From contig NW_021826470.1 of assembly GCF_006345805.1 (NCBI RefSeq), positions 1-14,013 of the forward strand: a stretch of 14,013 nt of DNA, in the 5' to 3' direction. The position numbers and the translations under genes are program-made. Below the pieces are notes generated by a model. That model searched no databases and was not told the DNA's origin. It saw nothing but the letters and a program-made list of their open reading frames with translations. This stretch comes from Octopus sinensis (lineage: Eukaryota). Shown here piece after piece: positions 1 through 9,925 of the stretch; position 1 is the first letter of the stretch, and every line of letters starts with the position of its first letter.

Positions 1-74
1 GTACTGGGGTCGATGTAATCGACTAGCCTCTCCATCACAATTTCAGGCCTTGGGCCTATAGTACAAAGCATTAT
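1..74 (+). mobile_element. 3' half of tRNA-derived SINE (family A), cut by window edge
   Basis: gtactggggtcgatgtaatcgact matches the reverse complement of 319-341 in the full copy. The tail ggcctatagtacaaagcattat matches the reverse complement of 167-190. Confidence 0.6.
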
Positions 75-165
75 ACTCTAATTATACTCTACTTCATGTG
101 TTGAGTACTTTTGCTGATTTGTAATCTAAACGTCCACCAGTTTATATATGTTTTACTTCTCCTCC

Positions 166-260
166 GAATAACATCCTTCTACTATAGGCCAAAAGGATAA
201 GAAGCAAAATCGAACTCGGCGGAATTTGAACTCAGGACGCAAAGAACCGGAATCTCCGCC
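166..260 (-). mobile_element. Internally deleted SINE family A copy
   Basis: Minus strand reads ggcggag-attccggttctttgcgtcctGAGTTCAAATTCCgccgagttcgattttgcttcttatccttt-tggcctatagtagaaggatgttatt. This is a B-box, the start of the core and the tail, with the middle missing relative to the copies at 270-481 and 1-74. Confidence 0.6.
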
Positions 261-269
261 TAATAATAT

Positions 270-481
270 CGATTTCAAAGTTTGAGACAAGGCCTGCAAT
301 TACAAGGGAGTGGGTAAATCGGTTATATCGACCCCGTACTCAACTGGTATTTATTTTATCGACTCGCAAGGATGAAAGGCAGAGTCGATCTCGGCAAAAT
401 TTAAACTCAGAACGTAAGGACGGATGAAATGCTGCCAAGCATTTTGTACAGCAGGCTAATTATTCTGCCAGCTCGCTGCCC
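270..481 (-). mobile_element. Full-length tRNA-derived SINE family A with 17-bp target-site duplication
   Basis: Minus strand: ggcagcgagcTGGCAGAATaattag (A-box-like) ... ctGAGTTTAAATTTTgccgag (degenerate B-box) ... ctgcctttcatccttgcgagtcgataaaataaataccagttgagtacggggtcgat. This core resembles the Nin/Deu-type SINE domain (from recall). Flanked by the exact direct repeat tctccgcctaataatat at 253-269 and 482-498. Confidence 0.85.
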
Positions 482-612
482 TCTCCGCCTAATAATATTA
501 GGTCGCCAAGTATGAAATTTGTTGTAAGGTATATGGTAAACTTTGACAGCTGCTCATTTTGCGCCATTATTATATTTTGACAATATTTTTTTTGTAAGAA
601 AGCTGACAAATC

Positions 613-666
613 TATTTATAAAGTATTTATAAAGTATTTATAAAGTATTTATAAAGTATTTATAAA
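613..666. repeat. Tandem repeat (TATTTATAAAG) x4.9
   Basis: Four exact 11-bp units plus 10/11 of a fifth, directly visible. Confidence 0.95.
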
Positions 667-692
667 TCGTTTCTTGCTATTTTTGATTAGAG

Positions 693-857
693 ATAGATAA
701 TTCGGAAATTAGTACAGTTTTGAAAAATGAGTTCTTTTTGGGAAATACAGCATCACAGACAGCTTGGAATTTTAATGGAGTATTTCATTCTAATGCTATT
801 ACACTGCAGACAGTATCAAACTGGTTTGCAAAATTTCTTTCTGGTAACTTTGACCAG
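693..857 (+). pseudogene. Mariner transposase N-terminal helix-turn-helix fragment
   Basis: Frame of ORF 720 extended upstream: (ATA)DNSEISTVLKNEFFLGNTASQTAWNFNGVFHSNAITLQTVSNWFAKFLSGNFD. It matches the mariner pattern IR.IF.YEF..G..A.ETARNIN..FG......TV..WF.KF.SGDF. The probable start codon is mutated to ATA, and the fragment ends at the MITE. Confidence 0.8.
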
Positions 858-1226
858 AGTAATATTCTTAAGATTATAAACCTGGAAAAGTACAGGACAA
901 GTTATTATACCTGTAAAAGTATAGGACAAACTATTACTTCAAATAAAATAAAGAATAAGAAACTTTTTATTATAGTTTACACATGACACTATACTTATTT
1001 AAGTAAAATTTGGCTAATTTTACTAACTTAAATACAGAAAAAAAGTGACTAATTAGACAAACCTACAAATTAGCTGAACAGTTTTGTACAATAAATTTAA
1101 AAGATGAGAAACGTAAAGAGTGATAAGTTACAAGTGGCATTCTTTGCTGCAATATTTTAATATTCTTTACTAGAAGTAATAACTTGTCCTGTATTTTTCC
1201 TTGTTTATAATCTTAAGAATATTACT
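858..1226. mobile_element. MITE / fold-back element with 50-bp terminal inverted repeats, superfamily unassigned
   Basis: 858-907 versus the reverse complement of 1177-1226 is 47/50 identical. The interior is AT-rich and non-coding. No unambiguous TSD. Confidence 0.75.
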
Positions 1227-1249
1227 TTTTCATGCTCGATTTTCCCATG

Positions 1250-1269
1250 TAATATATGTATGTATATAT

Positions 1270-1337
<68 letters not shown>

Positions 1338-1362
1338 CATATAAATAATTATATATACATAC

Positions 1363-1398
<36 letters not shown>

Positions 1399-1402
1399 AT
1401 AC

Positions 1403-1450
<48 letters not shown>

Positions 1451-1554
1451 TATGTATGCATGTATATATGTATGTATGTATATATGTATGGCATGTATGT
1501 ATGTATGTACGTATTATATATATATATATGTGATCATATATATATATGTGTGTA

Positions 1555-1599
<45 letters not shown>

Positions 1600-1952
1600 T
1601 ATATATATACTATATATATATATATATATTATTTATATATATATATAGTATATTATTGATAACCTGGTGTGCCAACAGAGAGCTTATGAGGTATATTGCC
1701 CGGATTGATAATCCCTCGCTATTTGTTCTACACAAATGTCTATAAATACATGTACACACACATACATACATATGAATATATATGTTGAATATGTGCATGT
1801 GTGTTTGTGTGCTTGTTTGTATGTGTATGCTTCTGTGTGTGCGTGCTTGTATGTATGTGTACTTGTGTGTGTATGCTTGTGTGCTTGTACGTGTGTGTGT
1901 GTGTGCTTGTGTGTGTGTGTGGGTGTGTGTGTGCGTGTGTGCTTGTGTGTGT
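1250..1952. repeat. Compound microsatellites (TA)n/(TATG)n (1250-1647) and degenerate (TG)n (about 1746-1952)
   Basis: Direct inspection; a short unique spacer lies at about 1648-1745. Confidence 0.95.
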
Positions 1953-2157
1953 ATGGATTAAGTGATTTCAGAATTTGGTTTCATTTAGAAATTACTTGAA
2001 ATATGATTCGATGTCTGTTCAAACCAACTGGTCTAGACTCCGCTCATGCAGATTCTCTAACAACGATTCTTCCATAGTTTCTTATACTTGACCCGAGTCG
2101 AAAATTCTGGAACCGAGCACCGCTTCTTAGCATAACACGAGAATATATTGACAAACG

Positions 2158-2430
<273 letters not shown>

Positions 2431-2630
2431 GTACTCATGCACACACGCAAGCACATTTATACACAATTATATAAAAAGTATGCATATGGTCGAAACCGAT
2501 GTTTGAACTACCAGCCTCGCTTTACGAAACTACCTGCTGTAATATAGTTGTATAGTGCTTCAAGATTTATGTCAAAATAAGATAAACACATCAGCCCATC
2601 AACGCACACATTAATACATACATCCTACAT

Positions 2631-2691
2631 TTTCATACACACACACACCGCATATATATATATATAATATATATATATATATTATACTATA

Positions 2692-2722
<31 letters not shown>

Positions 2723-2738
2723 GTATACATACATATAT

Positions 2739-2789
<51 letters not shown>

Positions 2790-3224
2790 GTTTCTACGTA
2801 TGGATGGAGGCACGAATATAATTCTCGTGAATTTGATGTACATTTAAGTAAGGAGTGGACAACATCAGAAAGTATGGCATCGCCAATATGTTTGAAGAAA
2901 GTTTAATAAATAATGTACGTTTAATAAATAGTGTATGTTTGTATGTCTGTAAGTATTTATGCAAGATCTATCTGTTTATTCGTGTATCGATCTATCTATC
3001 TAGCTGTCTGTCCGTCTGTCTGTGTGTCTGTCAGTCTGTCTATTTTAGTTGTCAAAATTGGTAAATATATATCTATCCAACCTTATCAATGTCTGTCTGT
3101 ATGTGTGTACGCATGCATGCATGTATGTATGTATGTATGTATGTATGTATGTATGTATGTATGTATGTATGTATGTATGTATGCATGTTTATATGAATAT
3201 ATGTTTGTATATATGTCTGTCTGT

Positions 3225-3309
<85 letters not shown>

Positions 3310-3735
3310 AAGCTAGTTAGCTAGCTAGCTTTCATTCAACATACTTATGTCTATATAATTATATAGATGTTTATGTGTAAATATCAGAGTGTGTGTGTGT
3401 GTGTGTGTGGTGTGTGTGTGTGTGTGTGCGTGTGCATATATATGTACACGGGTATATGTACTTAGTTGTGTATCTGAACAGATATACAACATTGGCATCC
3501 GACTAAGATAATATTGTTTCCGGTAAATGGCCTACAGAATGTACTTTACAGTATAAAGTAGACACACATGCTCACACAGACACACACACACAACACACAC
3601 ACATACACACACACACACACAACACACGCGCACACATACACATACACACGCTCACACATGCTCACACACAAACACACATGTATATGTATTTGTGTGTTGT
3701 GTGTATGTGTGTAATAGTGTGTGAGTGTGTGTACG
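2631..3735. repeat. Cluster of (TA)n, (TGTC)n, (TATG)n, (TATC)n, (TG)n and (CA)n microsatellites with short unique spacers
   Basis: Direct inspection; unique spacers at about 2790-2930 and 3460-3560. Confidence 0.9.
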
Positions 3736-4215
3736 TGTTTTAAGCCTCCTTGTGTACAATATATTAATATATTTCGCTTAATCTATGAAAGATTTCATAA
3801 AACTAATTCAATCTTTTGGGACAACGTATAAAACAAGTTATTTAAAAGACGCACCTTAATCCCTAGGGGCCACTTTTCAGTCAGCACAGGCACCCTATTT
3901 TAACAACAGGTTGCATTCGTCTTTATAACACTTGTGGTAAAGAATGATTTGTGTAATGAAAAAATGGAAAAAAAACCCAAGGAAAAGTATATTATATATA
4001 TACATAAGAAATTTTTCACACACACACACATATAGACAGGAATGTATATTAATTTTTATATATACTTATATTTTTATAGTATATATATTTGGATACTGTC
4101 TATTTATATATTTATTTATAGACTTTTATATGAAATGTATACATACGCATACACACATACACACATTTGAAATAAATGATATAAATATTATATCTATCTA
4201 TCTATCTATCTATCT

Positions 4216-4591
4216 AGCGAATGTTTTAAAAAAAGATGGGTGAATGTAGCAAAAATGGCACGTATGAATGACGAAGCCACCTTGAGCATAGTCCTATGAA
4301 CCCATAATCGAAACAGAGAGTGCTTATTGGCAAAAAAAAAAAAAAAAAAAAGAAATATAAAATGTGACTTCATTGACCGAGGTTACCGTGGTCTTTTCGC
4401 AGGCTTTTCTTTCCACGGGTAAACCTCACCTGTCCTCCCCTTTACACTTCATATTGACATTTCTGTGATACGATCCCTATTGATCATTTTTTTTTTCCTC
4501 TCCCCCCTTTTTTTTTGTTTTTTTTTTAACCCCCCTTATTTTTGTCCTCTTTCTCTCCTTTTTCGATCCCTTTGATCGAACCTCCCCCTTT

Positions 4592-4624
<33 letters not shown>

Positions 4625-4695
4625 CCTTCAAAAGAAAAGCTCTACCTTGTATTTTGTTCTATCTGTGTGCAGCCCTGTGTGGCTAATAAGAAACA
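4216..4695 (+). mobile_element. Probable 3' end of an L1/Tx1-type LINE (ORF2 C-terminus plus 3' UTR)
   Basis: 4216-4299 translates as SECFKKRWVNVAKMARMNDEATLSIVL*, and F..RW near the C-terminus is typical of Tx1/L1 ORF2. About 400 bp of pyrimidine-rich UTR-like sequence follows, ending AATAAGAAACA and running into (TATC)n. Clade assignment is inference from a short motif. Confidence 0.5.
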
Positions 4696-4750
4696 TATCT
4701 ATCTATCTATCTTCTATCTTCTATCTATCTATCTATCTTCTATCTATCTA

Positions 4751-4785
<35 letters not shown>

Positions 4786-4786
4786 C

Positions 4787-4826
<40 letters not shown>

Positions 4827-4862
4827 TTGTATATCTATCTATCTATCTGTATATTATATGTG

Positions 4863-4911
<49 letters not shown>

Positions 4912-5193
4912 CATATATGTGCATGAATATTCGTACATTTATATACTCGTGTACTCGCATACATACACACTCATGCATATATATGTTTGTGTATATATGT
5001 ATATATATATATGCATACATATGTATACATATGTGTGTATATATATATGTATATATGTGTGTGTGTGTGTGTTTACATATATGTATGTATATATATATGT
5101 GTGTGTGTGTGTGTGTCTGTGTGTATTCATACATGTATGTGTGTGTATTTTGTATGTTTATGCGCGTGCTATATATATATATATATATATATA
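4696..5193. repeat. Compound microsatellite (TATC)n-(CT)n-(TA)n-(TG)n-(TA)n
   Basis: Direct inspection. It is bounded by the 3' ends of the LINE (left) and of SINE family B (right). Confidence 0.95.
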
Positions 5194-5344
5194 GCGGGCT
5201 TCTTTCAGTTTCGTCTACTAAATCCACTCACAAGACTTTGGTCGGCCCGAGACTATAGTAGAATACACTTGCCCTACGCAGTGGGACTGAACCCTAAACC
5301 CTGTGGTTGAGAAGCAAGCTTCTTATCACACAGACATGCCCATG
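5194..5344 (-). mobile_element. tRNA-derived SINE family B, copy 1
   Basis: Minus-strand B-box-like GGTTCAGTCCC (5283-5293). About 46/54 identical to 10718-10878 over the aaatccactcacaag...tagtagaa core. The 3' end runs into (TA)n. Confidence 0.8.
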
Positions 5345-5912
5345 TATTTATATATATGCGTCTGTGTGTGTTCTGGGTATGATTTTAAAGTGCGTTCGAT
5401 AGTAAGGTTCAGGATCGGGAGCTTCGGGGTTTTGACGAACATGAAACCGCCCTTTAACCATTAGTGTTCCAAGTTCTGCTTAAGTGAGTCAACCTCAACA
5501 ATGTAACTCTGTCACCTTTTCAGCAATGCATGGTTACGTGGCTCTTTCCAACCTTCACAGGAAATTCACCATGTAAAACCTACAGCTTGCTCGTCACGCA
5601 TTTGTCATGAGTCCGCTGGGTCGCCATGGTCAGACTTCCCAGTCTAAAGTGTTGGATCGAATTGTGCAGAATAACTCTCCCTTTGAAACTAGTAAACGCA
5701 AGCAGGAAGAAGACCCTGAAGCATCAAGGATCAGTTTATGGAGCAACTGGAGGATAAGCCACTCTTCTTTGTGATCTCTAGACACGAAGAAACGGCCAAC
5801 ACATCGCGCACACGACTCACACAATCTCATACACATACACAGAAACATATATATATACTGCTGTATATAGACATATTTATATACATACAAAAGCGCGCGC
5901 GCGTGTGTGTGC

Positions 5913-6250
5913 AAGGTGAGACCCCATTCGGTCATGAATGATTATGGGATTGCATCAAGAAAGTTCCCCTCCGAGGCACAAGTCCGGGCAAGGTTGTTTA
6001 TGGAAGACCAGTAGTCACCTATGCATACCAGCCTCCCCTCTCCATGCCACCGATGTTATCCAAAAGAAGGGCAAAGAGCGATACAGCTTGGCACCAGTGA
6101 CGTCGCAACTCATTTCTACAGCTGAGTTAACTGGTAAAACGTGAAATAAGGTGTCTTGCTCATGAACACAACATGCAGCCCAGTCCGGGATTCGAACTCA
6201 CTATATCATGATTGTGAGCCCAACAATTTAACCACTGAACCATGCGCCTT
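5913..6250 (-). mobile_element. tRNA-derived SINE family C, near full length
   Basis: Minus-strand A-box TGGTTCAGTGG (6232-6242) and perfect B-box GAGTTCGAATCCC (6187-6199). The central domain tgtgttcatgagcaagacaccttatttcacg...cagctgtagaaatgagttg is shared with 8377-8683. Confidence 0.85.
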
Positions 6251-6252
6251 CG

Positions 6253-6290
<38 letters not shown>

Positions 6291-7490
6291 TGTATGTATG
6301 TATAAATATATGGATATGTACTTCAATATGGTTGTATTGAAGTACATATCCATACATTTGTGTGCCTCTGTGTGTGTTTGTGTATGTGTGTGTGTGTGTA
6401 TGTGTTTGTTAATACACACATATATACATGCATAGATACATGCATACATACACATATATATATATATATATATATCCATACATACATACATGCATACATA
6501 CTCATACACACACACACATACATACTTACATACACACATACATGCATGCATACACACACATACATACATACACACACACATACATACATACATACATACA
6601 TACATACATACATACATACATACATACATAAATACATACATACACCGACCGTAGTGCTTGTACTTTATTTCATCGACCCTGAAAAGATGAAAATTTTAAG
6701 ATGATCGCAGAAATTTTGCGAACAACAATTATATGTGCACCACGACCACTATCACCACCACTGCCGGCAACAACAACAACAACGTCGACGACGACCACCA
6801 TCACCAACACCACTACCACCACCACACCGATTTTATTAATAATACTTGAAGAACAGAGTGAAAAGAAGGTCGTTAGTGGGGGTGGTCACCAATACAATCA
6901 ATCACAGCAAAATTATTGTATACACACACACATCTATACATACATACATACAAAAAAATATATATACATGCATATATACATACATACATACATACAAACA
7001 AACAAACATATATACATCCATCCATCCATCCATCCATACAAACTTACATACATTCATTCATACATACATACATACAAACATACATACATACATACATACA
7101 TACATACATACATACAAACATACATGCATACATACATACATTCATGTATAAATACATACATACAAACATATATACATACATACATACATACAAATATATA
7201 TACATTCAAATATATATACATACAAATATATATACATACATGCATACAAACAGACATACATAATATATACATATATACATACATACATACAAACATACAT
7301 ACATACATGCATACATACATGCATACATACATACATACATACATATATACATACATATATGTACATATATACATATATACATACACACATACATACATAC
7401 ATACATACATACATACATACATACATACATTCATACATACAGACAGACATACATACATACACAAAGATGTATACATATGCATACATTCAC
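6253..7490. repeat. (CA)n/(TG)n/(TACA)n microsatellites with a degenerate (ACA/ACC)n patch at about 6745-6830
   Basis: Direct inspection; long (TACA)n at about 6918-7490. Confidence 0.9.
6646..6692 (-). mobile_element. Short fragment of SINE family A core
   Basis: tactttatttcatcgaccctgaaaagatgaaa resembles tatttattttatcgactcgcaaggatgaaa at 348-377. Confidence 0.5.
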
Positions 7491-7657
7491 ACACTTTCCA
7501 TACACTTCATAGCAAGTGCCGGAAAACGAAATGAAGGGTAAAATTGGATGCTTAGAGGAGTGTTCGGTTTTGTATCCGAAATTAATCAATATAGGCATTG
7601 TATTAGTTGTTATTGTCATGCCGTGGTTGCTGTGATTGCAGTTTTTGTTGCTATCCA

Positions 7658-7797
7658 GGCGATGAGCTGGCAAAATCGTTGGAGCATCGGTAAAATTGCA
7701 TTGCAGCAGTATTTGTTCGGACTCTCTACGTACTGCGTTCAAATTTCGCCGGGTTCAAATTTGGCTTTAAACTCTTTCGGGGCCGATAGAAATAAAA
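7658..7797 (+). mobile_element. SINE family A, 3'-truncated and diverged
   Basis: ggcgatgagcTGGCAAAATCGTTgg ... GCGTTCAAATTTCgccggg ... ctctttcggggccgatagaaataa is colinear with the reverse complement of 345-480. Confidence 0.75.
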
Positions 7798-8064
7798 TAT
7801 TGACACTCTTATGTTTGGTTATCATATCTATCAGATTGAGAAACCATGCAGAGGGTGTTGTGTCTCCTGTGGGTGGTGCCTTTCGGATTGGTTGTAGTGG
7901 AGGTGGTGTCAACAGCGGAGGTGAAGGAGTTGGTAGCGGTGAAGTTGGTAGCAATAGCAGAGATGTTGTTGGAGAATGGGGAACCCAGGCCACGAATGGA
8001 ACCCATGGCCAAACGATCATGTGTCCAGCACTCTCATCATGAGACCACGTTCCCTCACATACAA

Positions 8065-8108
8065 TCATAAGTACATATACACAAACATACATATTATATT
8101 CTCACATT

Positions 8109-8162
<54 letters not shown>

Positions 8163-8219
8163 CATATATGCGTGTTTGTACCTATATATATAGTTATGTG
8201 CGTGTGTGTGTGTGTATGT

Positions 8220-8250
<31 letters not shown>

Positions 8251-8376
8251 TAATATATATATATATAATATACACCACACATACCCACACATACACACAC
8301 ACACACCACACACACACACACACACACAATATATATATTATAATATATTATATATATAATATATAATTATATATAT
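8065..8376. repeat. (CA)n/(TG)n/(TA)n compound microsatellite
   Basis: Direct inspection. Confidence 0.95.
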
Positions 8377-8683
8377 AAGGCACGTTATTTAGTGGTTCAG
8401 GTATTCGGTTCACGATCGTGAGGTCGTGAGTTCAATTCCCAGCGTCGCGTTGTGTCCTTGAGCAAGACACTTTATTTCACGTTGCTTCAGTTCACGCAGC
8501 TGGCAAAAGTGAGTTGTACCCGTAATTCAAAATGGCTTATCTTGTCACATTTTGTGTCACGCTGAATCTCCATGAGAACTACGTTAAGGGTACATGTGTC
8601 TGTGGAGAACTCAGCCACTTGCACGTTAATTTCACGAGCTGGTTGTTTCGTTGACCGGATCAACTGTAATCTTCGTCGTAATT
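8377..8683 (+). mobile_element. tRNA-derived SINE family D
   Basis: Head aaggcacgttatttAGTGGTT, B-box GAGTTCAATTCCC (8428-8440), and the central gtgtccttgagcaagacactttatttcacg domain shared with family C. The 3' region differs from family C. Confidence 0.85.
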
Positions 8684-9180
8684 GTTGAAAACAAAACTCA
8701 CCTGGAGTGCCCACATCAACAATAAGGTCGATATAGCTCGTAAGATGAGCTCCTGGATCCTAAGAACCTTCTGGTCCAGTGAACAAAGTGTCATTATTCC
8801 TCTTTTCTCCTCCTCTGTATGGTCACACCTCGAATAATGCTGCCCCCAGTGGTCTCCCCATACAAAACAAAACATCTCGAAAATCGAATCACCCCAGAGG
8901 TTATACACTAAAAGAATTAAGGGCCTGAGTGATCTCGATTATTGGGACCGCCTTAAAGCATTGAAGCTCTATTCTCTCCAGTGCCGCCGTGAGTGATACA
9001 TCATTTGCAGGATGTGGAGAATATACCACCCAAACGACCTTAACATTAGCTTCAAAATTTATCCAAGGCTAGGACCACGAACCATACGTCCCCTACCCAA
9101 TTCAGGATCACAACATATAAACACGCTGCAACACAATTTCTTTTCCTCAACATGCCCTGCCCTGTTTAACATTTTCACAC
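8681..9180 (+). pseudogene. CR1-clade LINE reverse-transcriptase C-terminal (thumb) fragment
   Basis: One frame from 8697: LTWSAHINNKVDIARKMSSWILRTFWSSEQSVIIPLFSSSVWSHLE*CCPQWSPHTKQNISKIESPQRLYTKRIKGLSDLDYWDRLKALKLYSLQCRRE*YII...FFSSTCPALFN. It carries the classic CR1 motifs L.W..HI, RP.LEY....WSP, IE.VQR..T, Y..RL..L.L.SL..RR and P.LFN.L. Stops at 8835 (TAA) and 8994 (TGA). Confidence 0.9.
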
Positions 9181-9221
9181 CTGCGCATGCGCACACACAC
9201 AAATATTCACACGCACACAAA

Positions 9222-9265
<44 letters not shown>

Positions 9266-9438
9266 GATACACTGATGCATGCACACGCACTCATTATACG
9301 TACAAAACAGAGTACAATATCAAAGGTGGAGTTTAAAACACTGAGGTTTTAATGAAAATAAAATATTCTGATTCGTTACAGAAGAAAAATATATACCTAA
9401 TATATAAAATCCGTTCTGTCTGTGTGCATATATATAAT

Positions 9439-9488
<50 letters not shown>

Positions 9489-9491
9489 ATA
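9181..9491. repeat. (CA)n/(CT)n (9181-9290) and (TA)n (9427-9491) microsatellites
   Basis: Direct inspection. Confidence 0.9.
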
Positions 9492-9625
9492 TCAAAGTCT
9501 ATGAGAATTACTTAATGCAGTTTTTGAGGTGTACGGATGATTTTTAAAAACATTTTAAAAAAAAATGTTCTGGAATCTATTACGGGGATGTTACTAACCA
9601 TTTTTGGGAAGAATTTTTTTTTCTA

Positions 9626-9662
9626 GGGTGTTAGCGCTTTCGGTTAATTTCTTCAAACACAC
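9626..9662 (-). ncRNA. Degenerate minimal type-I hammerhead ribozyme in the PLE 3' region
   Basis: Minus strand: gtgt-TTGAAGA-aattaacc-GAA-AGCGCT-A-acac. Stem I is gtgt/acac and stem III is the palindrome AGCGCT. The core C3 is T and stem II is disrupted. Confidence 0.5.
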
Positions 9663-9925
9663 GTACTCTTAAAGAGGAAGTTGTTATTTTTTACGTAGCA
9701 GTAGAAATATTAATTATTTCCGGTTTAATGTCGTAGTGATGGATTCAGTCATAAATATTATTTTCCCATTGTTTATTACATTGAAGTGTTGGTTATTTTC
9801 TGTTTAATTTCGGATTTAGAATTCTTATAAAGTATTCCTTTTTTGCTTTTCGTAGTTGTACATTTTCGTTTTTTATTTTGTAAAATGGGAAAATTTAAAT
9901 TTTCCATTTGCACAGATATCTAGAT

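Larger units (their letters stand above)
498..857 (+). mobile_element. 5' part of a mariner (Tc1/mariner) DNA transposon
   Basis: TA at 496-497 is followed by TTAGGTCGCCAAGTATGAAATTT, 18/23 identical to the Mos1 ITR as I recall it (TCAGGTGTACAAGTATGAAATGT). The transposase N-terminus follows at 693-857. No right ITR was found. Confidence 0.75.

Noticed and set aside
720-986. 88-aa ORF as an intact gene
   Set aside because: It is a chimera: the first ~45 aa are decayed mariner HTH and the rest is read-through into the MITE arm.
4430-4462. Possible 33-nt minus-strand exon ending at a CAG|GTGAGG donor
   Set aside because: The acceptor lacks a pyrimidine tract, and the segment lies within the probable LINE 3' UTR.
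4562-4580. 7-bp hairpin ttcgatc/gatcgaa beside poly(T), resembling an intrinsic terminator
   Set aside because: Eukaryotic context, short stem, and inside a retroelement UTR.
5253-5263. Motif ctatagtagaa shared by the family A tail (sense) and the family B core (antisense)
   Set aside because: Only 11 bp, opposite orientation and no extended homology; likely coincidence.
7548-8092. Overlapping ORFs on both strands (G/V-rich and P/T-rich)
   Set aside because: They span a SINE and a decayed GGT/ACC repeat, with no recognisable domain or convincing splice sites.
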